DNA from: Antedon mediterranea
Lineage: Eukaryota; Animalia; Echinodermata
Length of the DNA: 64,000 bases
NCBI RefSeq assembly: GCF_964355755.1
Contig: NC_092671.1
Span: 11,036,001-11,100,000, forward strand
Direction of reading: 5' to 3'
A program made the translations under genes and the position numbers. Below the pieces are notes generated by a model. The model was not told the origin of the DNA and searched no databases. It was given only the letters and a program-made list of their open reading frames with translations. Shown here piece after piece: positions 38,825 through 51,964 of the stretch (within the stretch, counting starts at the first letter, position 1; the number at the start of each line of letters is the position of its first letter).

Positions 38825-41800
38825 TTAGCCATGTGCTAAAGATTTATTATAAGTAACGTTCATATTTTAACTCTTCATTTAAACACTTACCTACAGCGAC
38901 TCTCTACAAAAGTTAACTATACTTTGATAGCGTAGACAGAGCTTTAGCAATGTGCTAAAGATTTATTATTAGTAACGTTCAGATTTTAACTCTTCATTTA
39001 AACACTTACCTACAGCGAATTAACTGTACTCACTGTGGTTTTAATATCACCTGGTGACTTACGCGCAACTGTTAATTAGTGAAACATTAATCAAAGGTTA
39101 CATAATGTAGGCCTATTATGTCGCGTTGAAAACATACAAGTGTTGGAAAAAAAAAATTAACATCACTGACATTAAGACGTACAATTAGGGGCATTTACCC
39201 CATGTTTAGCATCACTGTAGTATTCTAATACGTCATTTAAATGTCAATGAAGACAAGACGTATTACAAGATAAATACTTTAAAAACAACTGTCTACTGTA
39301 TGTACGTTTGAATTATTATATGTCTTAAAGGGAAATTCCAGTTTAAAACGTTTGTTATAAAATATACTTTACCACATTGATAACGACAGTCTCCCGGGCC
39401 TTCAAATCGGTGCTCAGGAATCTTGTGTGGTAACATTTGGCAACTGATGGAGACCGCTCAGATGTAAGTCCCCTTAAGTGGGGATTTAGAGGGATATACC
39501 TGGCAGTATCATTATATTATTTTGTTTTTTCTTAGTGACGTTTGTTCTTCATGTATGTATCGAAATCAAATCGATGAAATGTCATTACATGTATTCAGAC
39601 CCATCAATGCATTTATAGAAACAATCGAAATTTGTATTCTGTAGACACTAGAACCCGTTAAAATCGTGTATTTTTAGTCTACTGTTGTTGGTGGCCTACC
39701 GCTCCTCTGAACTATTCTACAAGTGCGTCATCATTTACAGGGGATGTTGGTGTATATATTACACGCTCATCAAATGTTGTAGACGGCTTCACTTCAACGA
39801 TCTCGTATCAACTTTTACCGTTCAAGGAACAAACATATTGTTTAATTTCTTAATTTCAAGATGTGGATGCAAGCATTTAATTAACAGAAATGAATGGCAA
39901 CAGCGCTGAACAATCCCTACTCTTTTCAAGATATTCGCTGAGATTAAGTGCACACGATCCATGTGTTCACTGGACCTCCACTTCCATCCTCATGTCCATA
40001 TATGGGCACATCACATTTTTTGTCACATAAAATTTGATAGTGTAGACAGAGCTTTAGGTTGAACTTGAATGACAATATTGAATATTCAATATGTTTTGTT
40101 TATTTCAAATTATTCAAATATTTCACTATAATACAATTATTCCATTTATGGGATAAAGATTAACGAGCACTACAGGATGTTTAGTGTAGCATTTAAGTAG
40201 TCATGTTACCACTTTTTTTTGTTAAGCTAAAAAAAGAGATTGTTTGCATTTTCTTAAATTTTTTGCCTATGCCCTTTATTAATATTTATATGTATTGTTT
40301 TGTAACAGCGGTTTCAAGTTATAATAAGCTATGCTTCAAAGATTCCCCCTTTCCATTCTTTTTTTTTGTCTTTGTACTATGATTATTTATGTATTTTTAT
40401 GATTTTGTGAATGGAAATAAAGAAAGAAAGTAAAATATTGGGTAAAGTCAGTGCATCACAACCGCACATATACTTACAGTACATAAAATAATGAGTTTAA
40501 CAAATCTTTTTATTACACACAGTAACTCTATAATTTTTACAAATATTTTCATAATCAATTATATTCTAAAATAAACTTATAAACATTTTGTAATTTTGCA
40601 CATTGTGATTATATTACAGAAACCAAAAATATTACATTTTTGGAAATATTTCTTAGTATTTTAATTTGCATTTATAATTAATCAAATACTGTAAACATTT
40701 ACAGTAATTTGTTTAAACACTCTTTTTAATTAGCAAAAAAACCTTTCTATTTTATTTTTCAACAGTTTTCAACAGTCAAATAGTTCATTCACAATGTTTA
40801 CATTTGGCAAATTCGATTCGGAAATCTCTGTGCTTAACAGTTTTTATTCTAATAGTAATGTTAATTAATGTATGCTTTATCTTGCTGTCAGTGTCACTAC
40901 CTTCAAAATACTCCATTAACAAAATACTCAATGAAAAAAATATACGCAATGTTAAAGTCCTAATCAAATACGCCAACTGTTGTATTAATAGTCACAATTA
41001 TACATTAAGAGGGTACAGCACGTCACTGTGTTTCAATTCAACACTTTTTTTTAATTCATGGGAAAATGCATTCAAGTAATTCACAGTATAATTAGCTATT
41101 TTATAATAGCATTTACAATTTTAAAAAAATTGTTGTGCGCTCAATTTATTAAAGATGTTATGCCATTTGGTATAATAAAACATTAGTATAATAATAAAAA
41201 TGATTTTTGAGTTTACGTATAAAAAAATGAATGTATACATAAAATGTCAATTGAAAATATAAAGAAAATCAAAAGTTTATTATAAATTCTATTCACACAC
41301 ACTAACATACATAGATGTTTTGTATTACATTTATTTAAAATAATAAATCTATTTATTATATGATATTTAAAAAATATTGTTGATAATCAACTAAACATTA
41401 AAGATAAAACTCATCTATAACTCCCTGAGTTTATAAAAGTTCCCGAAAAGAATTTGAGTATAAAGCATAGGTGTTTTTGGAAGAGGGTTAAAAATCATAT
41501 TTGGACTTAATGTTGATATTTATTGGTTGAAAACGGTTCAAATTATATAAGAATAAAAATTGATTGTTTGCACCCCTCATCCTTGAATGCATAGTTTAAC
41601 AACTTAATGCCAACAAGAATTAAAAACTAAACTACTATAGTTTTTATTAAAAATCTTCATTCTCAGAGTTGTATGGTATATAATTGTAGACAAAAAATTG
41701 TATATATGGCGTCTGGCAAAATTCTAATTTTTTAATTTATTTAATTAAAACTGGTTTTCTTCCAATCAATGCTCAATGAGTTTGGTTAGACGACACTATT

Positions 41801-41877
41801 TGGCTGTTATTGGAACTGGCTTTTAATTAGAGAGAAGGGTTTTTAATTAGAGGTCTACAGGGAACTAACCTTTATTG

Positions 41878-44800
41878 TCAGGAGTCTTGATACAATTTTG
41901 TACTTCTGATGTAATTACTTGTTAAGTCATATACTGTAAAGCTAATGCCCACTGCAATAGGTCCTTTAATCCAGTTCATACTAAGACCCTTATACAGTCC
42001 CCCAATTATACCGGCTTCTTGGACAATTACATTAGCAGTGTTTACAATACTTTCATAGCTATAAGTAGTGATTCCGGCAGTTTGCATTCGTCTACGTATT
42101 ACGTCTAACGGATAAGAAGCGGATTGTCCGCAGAGACCGGCTAAAGCACCAAATAGTAACCGTTCTTGAGGGTTAGGGTCAGCACCATTATGATGATCTA
42201 TAAATAAGTTAAACAAAGTTTTTTTATTTAAAACATTTCAAGATATCTTACAGGAAATATATAACACATTTGAGTTGTCTTGAGCTGTTTTGCCGTGAGA
42301 AAAAATTCTGACAGCTGACAAGTTACAACTCCTGCTATAAACAAAATTGAGTAAGTATACTCCACTATGAAATTGTGTAAAGTTTAAGGTTGAGCTTATT
42401 TCAGACAATCAAACATAACTTAAATACATGTGACACACAATCAATTTGTATTACTCAAAATTATGCAGATGGATTATACTTCCGGGGAGGCTTAGTTAGA
42501 CCAGATTTAATAAAAAATAAATGTAACTTACCAGAATACAGTCCTTTTAACGATTCATATGTAAAGAATGAGATTCCTCCATAAGGAATCACACCAAGAA
42601 TAGTAGGCGTAAAACCACGATAAAAAGTGCGAGGTCCTTCCTCTTGAAAGATTTTGATAAAAATACTTGAAAGACCTTTATACCTTTTAAAAAGAAATTT
42701 ATTTGGAAATATTACATTAATGCTTTTTAATTAAGATACATTTTAGATGGGCTTAAAAGTTAAAATTTGTTCTATTGGAAGAAATTGTCAGATTCTGAAC
42801 CATGACTTGGTCACACATCATGCCATTTTATGCCCAGTATCTTAAGCAAATTCTGTATATACAATGCCGTAAATCTGTCACATATGGAGCCTTTATTTAG
42901 TTAATTGTTCAAAGGTTAGGTCTGTAACAGCCTTTGACATGTGGCACTATAATTGAGAATTTGACTATGATACTGAATAAACTAAATACTGTATACAGTA
43001 CCAAGAACTGCTTCTGTATATACACTACACAGCTAAGAAAATAGTATAATAATTTATGCAAAAACTACTATTTTAATGATTTAGAAACTTACTAAAAATG
43101 AAATTAATGAATGAAATGAAACAATATTCAAATGTGTGTCATTTACCTGGTTTTATGTGTAATTGCCATTCTTGCTCTAACCATGTCTAAAGGATAAGTA
43201 AAAGATGCAGCAGTAACTCCTGCTAAAGAGCCAGCTAGAAATCGGTATGGAGGCGATAACATTCTGAAATATGATAATAAATAAAATATATCTCACAGAT
43301 TTGTACTCTGAAAAATACCTGAAGACTCTAGAATCTTAACTTTAAAAAACTTGTGTGTCTAGCTTCTTTCTATCATCATGAAGGAATGTTTATGTATTGC
43401 CATCAGTGGGTGTTTTAGATAGGTATGACACAACACAACGGCGCAGATCCGTTTTTAATAGTGGGAGGGACGTATAGATTTACTGATTTTTACATTCCAC
43501 TACCGCTGCATTGCGAAATCATGCAGTCCGTATAATTGCTAATTGGGATCATCAAAGCAATGTTAAGCATTCCGAAACACAGTTTTACCACAGGTGGATT
43601 CAAAGCAATTATTTTGGGTTACGCACTTTTTCGGCACTGATGCACCACTGATTATATGCACGCAAAATCTATTTTTCTTAGATACTTATTTTACTTGTTT
43701 ACTTGTTTCCCGTACACTATCGTCTACGGGATCGAGGCGAAGCACTCAGTGCTTAAAAGCCCCTCTTAGCAATAAAATCATATTCTATATAGGGTGAAAA
43801 CTTCAGCGGGTGGTTAGACCATGCGACGTTAAGTTTTGCTTTGAACAAGTTCACCGTAGCACATGAAACTACATCCATAGGCAGAGCATTCCATAAGAGA
43901 ATAACTCTCCTGGAGAACGTGTCCCTCCTAATATTAAGACGAGAGCTTTTAAACTTGAGTTTATATGGGTGTCCACAGGTCCGAGATTCTAGATCAAATT
44001 CAAAAAATGTGTTGATCGAAATACGATCGAAACCTTTAACAATCCTAAAAACTTGGATAATATCTGCTCTCTGCCTTCGATATCTCATGGTAGGAAGACC
44101 AAGAATTCTCAAACGTTGTTCATAAGGAATATTACGGTACCTAGGAATCAATCTTGTTGCTCTTTGCTGGACCTTCTCTATTTCATCCTGATCTCGTTTT
44201 CTAATAGGATTATAAACAGTGTTACAATATTCAAGCGTTGGCCTGACAATAGACTTATACAGCTTCAAAAATCCATCTTTATTCAAGAATTTAAAAGATC
44301 TATAAATCATTCCTAGTTTCTTATTAGCTCTTTTACAAATATCCGCTACATGCAAATTAAAGATTAAACTATGATCAAAGGTAACACCTGTAGATCTTTC
44401 TCCTGCTTTACCTCATGTAGTAAATTACCAGCCATTGAATACAATAAATTGGGATTATCACGACCATAATGAAATACCTTACACTTAGTGTCATTAAAAG
44501 GCAATTGCCAAACATTAGACCAATGGGAAGCACTGTCAATGTCTCTTTGAAATAAATCTGCATCATCAATGTTATTGACCACTCTATACAACTTGGTGTC
44601 GTCTGCAAATAAACGTATACTAGATTCGACAACATCAGGTAAATCGTTAATGAAGATTGAAAATAAGATTGGGCCCACAACGCTACCCTGTGGAATTCCA
44701 CTTAATACTGGAGCCTGTGATGACAATTGACCATTGACACTAACTCGTTGTGTTCTATTTGACAAATAATTAGAGAACCATCCTAGTAGATTTCCCGTAA

Positions 44801-47800
44801 TACCAAAACCTTTCAATTTGACTAGAAGCCTTTTGTGTGGCACACTATCGAATGCCTTTTTATAGTCTAAATAGACACAATCAAAGCTATCATGGTTATC
44901 CAGGTTAGTAGTCCAACTCTCCAGGACATCAAGTAGTTGTAATGCACATGATCTACCTTGTCTGAATCCAAATTGCTCATTGCACAAAAGACCATTACTC
45001 TCAAGATACATTACAAGTTTATCCCTAATAATCCTTTCCATCATTTTCCCTATGACCGACGTTAAACTAACCGGTCTGTAGTTAGCCGGGTCCTCCTTTT
45101 TGCCTTTCTTAAATATAGGTATTACAATTGCCTCCTTCCACGATAGAGGGACCTTCTGATCATTGAATAATCTAGTGAATATTAGACTGAGAGGGTAAGC
45201 AATTTGATCCTTTAATTCAATCAAAACCCGTGGGTGAAAGCCATCAGGGCCAGCTGACTTATCTATAACTAAGTTAGACAACAGCTTATGAATATCTTCT
45301 ACGTTAAACTCAATATCTGACATAGAAGCCTCAATCTTTTTATCAAGATTCGGAACATTCGATAAGTTCTCCTTACAAAAGACACTGCTAAAAAAAGAAT
45401 TAAAACACTCGGCTTTATCTTGGTCATCTACAACAAGTTTACCTTCAACATTTCTAAGAGTAGGAATACCAGATCTGGTGTTTAACTGAGAATTTACATA
45501 GCGCCAAAAAGACTTTTCATTGACTTTAACCTCATTTGCAATCTTATTTTCGAAGATGCTTTTAGAACTCTTAATCAAATTGACAGTATCATTCCTTACT
45601 CTAATAAACGTGTTCCATTTGACACTAGCACAGTCATGCCCTTTACGTTTTGCTTTGATATACTGTTTCCAGCATTTATTCTTCTGTTTAATAGACTTAT
45701 CAACCTCCTTAGTATACCACAAAGGTCTCTTAACATTTCCAGACAAGTGTTTCTTACACTTTGGAACAAACTGTTCCATACCTCTAGATAATATCTCTTC
45801 AAAAGAACCGTGCGAGTGTAACCCGTCCTTATCCAATAACTCAGTGTCCCAATCGACACCATCAAGAAAACCACGAAACTTATCATAATCAGCATGGAAA
45901 TAATTTCTGACCTCTACCACCTCTTCTTTGATTAAATTAACTGGAATTTTAAATTGAAGTACCATATGATCACTCTTACCTAATGGTGGAGCTTGAAGGA
46001 CCTCACTAATAGAATCCTCATTAGATGTAAGTACAAGGTCCAGAACATTGGCCTGTTCTCCTATTCTGTAACGGGTTGGGTCTCGTACATGCTGAGCTAA
46101 AAATAAGTCATTAATGGTGTCGAAAAAATTATGACTATTTTTACCATCTTCACCAGTCACATATCCTAGCTCCCAATTAATACTCCTATAATTGAAATCT
46201 CCAACTATAATAAAATCAGAACAAGAAAAGGATGTCACTTTTCTAAACAGAGAACACAAAGCAGAATTATTGACACTAGATCCGGCGTCACTTCTATACA
46301 CACATCCAATTAAAAAGGTGCGATCCTTGACTTTAATCTCAACAAACATGGATTCCTCAAACAAAATATCTTTAAACAAAACCGGAGTGGCAGACATCCC
46401 ATTTCGAACATAAATAACTCCTCTACCAGATGAAAGCTTTTCATTTGGCAAAAACATCTGAAAACCAGGGATATGAAACTCCTCTATAGACAATTCAAAA
46501 AAGTACTTCTTTGGTAGAATCTCAGTCAAAGCAATGATATCTACTTTCTCTGAAGATAAACGCAACAGAAGCTCATTCTTCTTATTTAGAAGGGAATCAC
46601 AATTTGTATAAAACACATTAAAAAAATCATTAACATCTTCTGACTGCGTAGAACTTACATTGTTAGGTAGTGTTCTCTTCCGATTGGGTAGTGCTTTGGG
46701 AACGAAACCGAGTTATTTTCCCCCTTCTAATTACCAAGTCTTTTTCCCCTTTGCTTTGCCTATCCCTCAATATGTCCCTAAGTTTATTATACTCATCACG
46801 TTCCTTTATTGTTCTATCATTACTTACTGCGCACTTTTTTTGTATAGCAATTTCAAAGGCATCTCTTTTGATACATTCCTCCTTGAAAACTACCTTTATA
46901 GGGCGGCACCCATCATCTCTGTGTTTACCCACCCGGAAAAATGTTCTCATTTCGACCTCTAGGTCAATATCCTCGAAAATACCTGCCAATTTACTGAGGT
47001 CATCATTTTTTCTTCTATCTGAGTCATTACTCTTGGACTCATCTATTCTATATAGCATCAAATTAGATTTTCTTTTCAATCTCTCATTTTCATCCTTAAG
47101 TCTATTTTCAATTATTGTCTTAACATCCTCATTATTAACAACACTAGACGACTGGGATAACTTTTTAATATCCTCTTTATTGATCTCTACCTCAGATTTA
47201 ATTGCTTCAATTGTTTTAATCATGGTTTTTTGTGTCTCATTAACATTATTAATAAGACCCATGAAATTGCCTACTGAGACTGAGCAGCTCCTACAGTACC
47301 AAAAAATGGATGAGTCATCTTTGGATAGCCACTTATATTTGGCTTCATTAATTTTCTGACAATCTATGTGGAACCATAGCTTACAAAGACCGCATAAAAC
47401 CGATTTGCCACCAGACATAAAATGGCCACCACATGAACCACATTCGTCTTCACCCTCGATATCTACTACCGTTTTATCAACTGTGCCTCCTGCATTACGT
47501 AATCTAGGCTTTGGCCTGGCACCTTGATCTTTGCTTTTGGAAGCCATGCCCTAACTGCTTACACAACCCTAGGCCTAGCGAAAGACAATCTAAAAAAGAA
47601 AAAATCTCACCAGTCCTTAGAATACAGTAAGAGCTCAAGCAGAAATTTGAAGCAATAAGAATAGGAATGATAATGATATGAAAGTAAACTAGCAAACAAG
47701 ATTCAAAGACTTTCCGATAACAGATATTCGTCCAACCACAAACCCAGGCCTAGCAAAGACAATCTCAAAAAATCTCTCCAATCGAAAGATAAATCGAATA

Positions 47801-49176
47801 ATACAAGGGCTTAAGCTACATTTGTAGCAATAAGAATAGTAATGGAGACTTTATGTAAGTAAAAATCGTGAATAAACTATACAAAACCAGCAAACAAGAT
47901 TCAAAACTTTTACAACTTCAGAAACACGTCCAACCACCATGAAGCGCCCTCTCTAATCTGAAATTACATACGATAGGTACGTCATGCGTGTCGTAGAGGT
48001 CTTACTTTCTATTTCATTTCAATAACTTAATGATTTTGCTGTTGAAAAGTGAGGGGGACAATCACCCACTAAGAAATATGAGGGAGGACATGTCCCCCTC
48101 GTCCCCCCAGTATCTTCGCCGGTGTCAAAATGCCATTTTTAAAATGAATATTAAAACTGTACATCCTAAACAAACAACAATATAGATGCTCTGTTAACCT
48201 GTATGAGCATTATTTATAGCAGTCAAAATATACAGATATGATGTAATAACCAATTATGCAGATAGAGTACAAGTTTTGAATCTGTTTTTAATTGCTTTAA
48301 AGTAAATTTTAAACAAACTTACGTTTCATTCTCTTTTAATAATAATTTTTTATATTGTTCATGAGATGCATATTGTATTGCTGCATACGGGATAATACGG
48401 GCCATTGTTGCAGAGTTGCCGCGCCATAATCGTAAAAATCCTTCATTTTTATACGTCTTTATTAGAACTTTGTATGCTTCTCTAGCTGAAAATTTGAGCT
48501 CTGAAGCTGAAGAAACAATCAAAATGACAATTAATAGAATAAAAGTATACAATTTATTCTGATACAACTCAATAAATGTCTTCGAAATTCAAATTCACTC
48601 AAAATGTGACATCAAATGTACAATAACATGGAGCTGGGCCCGGAATGCAGATTCAGTACACTGGACATTTAATAATACAAAGTGTGTTATTTATATAACA
48701 GGTTCTTACTTTGAAAAATGATTTTTGTTCTATCGAGAGGTGCTATCGTTGTCTTGGCAACAACACCAGCTAGGGCACCGGATGAAAGAGATGACAATAC
48801 AGTCTTTAAATTGGAATTTTTCTGAAAGAAAACAAAATAGTTCATAGACTACAGGAAACCAACGTAGGGTTGGACATTGACTGAATATCCTATCTTTTGC
48901 ATTTTAGAAATTGAGGACAGGGGCCTGGAGCTCCAGCTGGTTCCTACATTGGATCTGCTTATTTCCAGACTGACAGAGGGTACCAAAGTAAAAATGTAAA
49001 AGTATTCAAAGGCAGGGACTGGAAAGCACAAGACACTTCCCTGTATTTACTTTTTTAGGTTCTTGCATTTTGTGTTTTTCCACTTCATCTTTTGAAATTG
49101 AAATATTGCATAGATGATGATGATCCTCTTGAATTGGATTTATTGGGTGACCTTTGTCATCATAACCTTCGGTCAT
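41878..49176 (-). CDS. SLC25A42: Mitochondrial coenzyme A transporter, 6 coding exons
   Basis: Exons 49176-49051 (MTEGYDD..), 48821-48710 ([26 protein letters not shown]), ~48505-48322 ([25 protein letters not shown]), ~43263-43148 ([26 protein letters not shown]), ~42683-42532 ([16 protein letters not shown]), ~42198-41878 ([33 protein letters not shown]); three PxDxxK/R carrier signatures. Confidence 0.95.
43753..46616 (-). pseudogene. LINE ORF2 (apurinic endonuclease and reverse transcriptase), split by one frameshift
   Basis: DIIALTE, GCVYRS, GDFN, LDLVL, SDH (APE); [33 protein letters not shown] (RT); a 2-nt excess at ~44389-44390 breaks EKDL-GVTFD. Confidence 0.9.
46663..47547 (-). CDS. 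LINE ORF1: PHD finger, coiled coil and RRM-like region
   Basis: [22 protein letters not shown] (C4HC3); [17 protein letters not shown] and FRVGK..RPIKVVF motifs typical of CR1-type ORF1. Confidence 0.9.
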   Translation of the reverse strand: MASKSKDQGARPKPRLRNAGGTVDKTVVDIEGEDECGSCGGHFMSGGKSVLCGLCKLWFHIDCQKINEAKYKWLSKDDSSIFWYCRSCSVSVGNFMGLINNVNETQKTMIKTIEAIKSEVEINKEDIKKLSQSSSVVNNEDVKTIIENRLKDENERLKRKSNLMLYRIDESKSNDSDRRKNDDLSKLAGIFEDIDLEVEMRTFFRVGKHRDDGCRPIKVVFKEECIKRDAFEIAIQKKCAVSNDRTIKERDEYNKLRDILRDRQSKGEKDLVIRRGKITRFRSQSTTQSEENTT

Positions 49177-50125
49177 TGTCCCTCTTCTTCAGAGGTGATG
49201 TCTAAATGCTAAACCTGCAATTTAAATAAAGTTATATTATTACACATCCAACAGAAAATTCACTATAGGCATGTATTAATACATGGACACAAATTCAAGG
49301 CAATATTTAACATAATATATTATAATAAAGAGTGAGTGCAGGTGAGTTCGGCCACATTTTATTTTGGTCAATATATAAAATTTATAAAATCAATGTCTGT
49401 TTGTGTTAGGTATTTTGTGTTTAATCATATCATTTTTTGTCACAGAATTGTTTTTATTGAGTTATGTATATACTGCATGCTCTTTAGCCGCTTCTTACAA
49501 AATACCAACAATTTGAAGATGATAAATGATGATGATAAATTAAACTGACATGATGGATGGGCTAGGGCCTAGGCCCACTAGCCTACTACTGTACTAGCTA
49601 GCAATATTAATATTTTAAATTATAGTTACAGGGCCATAGGCCTAGCCTAGCTAGTAACGGGAATCCCTAGTAACTAGACTCTGGGCCTAGCCTACTACTC
49701 TAGCTACTACGCCTATGGCCATCTGCTGGCCCTCAATTCATCCGTCCCCTTCTGGCCTCTCTACTCTAAACCTACCTAGCCTCTACCTAGCCTCTAGGCT
49801 AGGCCTAGCAAGTTAGGCCCTATTAGCCTACCTAGCTAGTAGGGAAGACTTTAGCCTAGCCTGGATACTTGCAATACATAGCAAAAACAACCCTCAAAAT
49901 ACGAACACGGGCATATTATAACGATTATTGAATTTAAATACATAATAATACCAGCATAAATTTGAAATCTGGAGGCGGATCGAAGAGAGAGGGATAGGAG
50001 CCAATTTTTTGCACTAAAAAACTTTCTTTTTGACTGTTGGTAGAGGGCGGTGTTTCAAATTTGTTTGGTTTTTAATTTTCTTGGCCGACGACACGACAAA
50101 TTATTGACAATAATATTGTTCCAAA

Positions 50126-51964
50126 ATGGTTTGTTTAATATTTTTGTTATCGAAAATAAAACCATTAATTTCTGTTCACCGTATCTTTTCCCAGATACAT
50201 ATTTGTGTAAACTTTGCTTGATAACAATCGTTTGTTAATGTTAGTCAGCTCAGGTTCTGTAGGCTGATCAATTCTTAATCTTAGTGACTCACACTGTCAC
50301 TACACTCTCTGAATGGGTGTGGTGACTATTCGGTTGATTTTTCGTGACGTAGACTAGGCCTAGCCTAATCATACATACAGTACCGTAATAACAACGTCTT
50401 ATTTTCTTGTATTTACAGGCGCATGTATTTAGCCAAAGTCAGATCGATGGTAAGTTGGTGTCAAATGGTTAAACAATTTAAATTAAAAAAGGAAAACAAA
50501 ATAATATTCAAATTTCAATTGCTTTTTTTTTATAAAATTAAAATAAAAACTTTAAAAAAAGTAAACTATTTGATCCATGTATTATTTTTTCTTGTTTTTT
50601 GTATGTAGAATATCGTGATTGTTTTTCACTACATGACAGTTCCAAAAAAGGTGTAATCAGAGCAGATGACTTAGCTCGAGTAATGAGATCATTGTATACA
50701 AGTCCAACAACAACAGAAATCAGAACTTATCGGAAGAAGTATGAAAAGGGTATGGATTGCTGATAAAAATAAATTAACAAATACACTAATAATACTGAAC
50801 ATAGTTCATCTTTCTGTACCAGGAAGAAAAATACTGAAATAATAAGTATAATAATAATTAATAAGTTCTTTTTTCACCCTTTTTTTAAATACAAAAGCTG
50901 CATTCTTGTTCACAACAATCATTGCTAATTAGGATGTTGATGACCCGATTCAACTTTAAAGGGTCTTTAACACTTGTTTCGATACCGGCAATTCAAATCG
51001 AACGTCAATGTTTTGTTTTCTTGGGCTACGCATAAACTGGCAAATAGAGCGTTGTGGAAACGTTGACGTTTGATTTGCCTGCACCGGACTGAAACTGTCC
51101 CAGAACAGGTGTAAAAGACCCTTTTATAGTACTTTTTAGCATAATTGGTGCTTAATCTCCCACTAGTGTTGATTGCCTAATTCAAAAATATTAATAATTA
51201 AACATTCTTTCAACTTTTCAATTGAAAATAAACAGATATTGAACATAATTTAAAATTTTATTTATTGTTTTCTCAGAAAAGAAAATACAGTTTGATGATT
51301 TTCTTTTAATAATGGATGAACAGCAAAGGAGTGAACATTGCTCACGAGAAATCCTTGACGCATTCTACCATGCAGATGCTAAGAAACAAGGCTACATATC
51401 TGTAAAAGAGTTCAAGAGAATTATGTGTACTTTTGGAGAAAAACTTAAAGACAGGGAAGGTACAGTATAATGTCAATATTATAAAATTAGCTTTGATGAC
51501 AAAATCGTGTTTTCCGAAGGCTTGGCACTTTCGTTATAGACTGTTTTACTTTATCATCTTGATTTAGCTTTTTGCTTATTTTATTTGTGCATATCTCCAT
51601 TGAGATCCAGCCATTAATACCCACAGCATTGTCATTTTTGTCATTAATTAATCATACAAATATTTTTTTTTTGTAACTGATACAATCTCTGTTTAGAAAG
51701 AAGCATTTGACTAGTGTAAATACAAAAATCTAAATTGACAGTTTAAACAATGAGTGGTCTTTGCATCATCGATGCTCTAGTATTTCTGTGTGATTTTCAT
51801 CATTCTTTGCAAATTATTTATTTCATAAAAGATGTATTGTTTTTTTTCTAGTGGATGCGATTTTACGAGAATTTGGTATTGCTAAAAACGGTCAAGTAAA
51901 TTATGCAGATTTTGTAAACAAGCTCCTAACTCCTATACCAGATTCAATGGCTTTACATGAATAA
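50126..51964 (+). CDS. CALML4: Calmodulin-like protein 4, head-to-head with SLC25A42
   Basis: ATG|GT at 50126-50128 (inferred start), 50419-50449 AHVFSQSQID, 50609-50749 EYRDCFSLHD..MRSLYTSPT, ~51277-51459 FDDFLLIM..FGEKLKDRE, ~51852-51964 VDAILREFGIAKNGQVNYADFVNKLLTPIPD; degenerate EF-hands as in CALML4. Confidence 0.85.
50960..51122. mobile_element. Palindromic MITE in a CALML4 intron
   Basis: AGGGTCTTTAACACTTGTT ... AACAGGTGTAAAAGACCCT inverted ends. Confidence 0.75.

Larger units (their letters stand above)
43684..47940 (-). mobile_element. Full-length CR1/L2-group non-LTR retrotransposon in an SLC25A42 intron
   Basis: ORF1 with PHD finger, ORF2 with APE and RT, 3' stem-loop (CCCGTA..TACGGG, ~43709-43730) and (AAACAAGT)n-like tail at 43684-43709; no clear TSD. 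Confidence 0.93.

Noticed and set aside
40785-41079. Short ORFs downstream of SLC25A42
   Set aside because: AT-rich, low-complexity translations in the probable 3' UTR with no splice or domain support
43841-47359. Plus-strand ORFs such as the 229-aa ORF at 46670-47359
   Set aside because: Antisense shadows of LINE ORF1 and ORF2
48850-49045. GC-richer, two-hairpin segment in a short SLC25A42 intron as an H/ACA snoRNA
   Set aside because: An H-like box is present but no terminal ACA, and it is too long; TACAGG..CCTGTA ends suggest a MITE relic. An Rfam scan would settle it.
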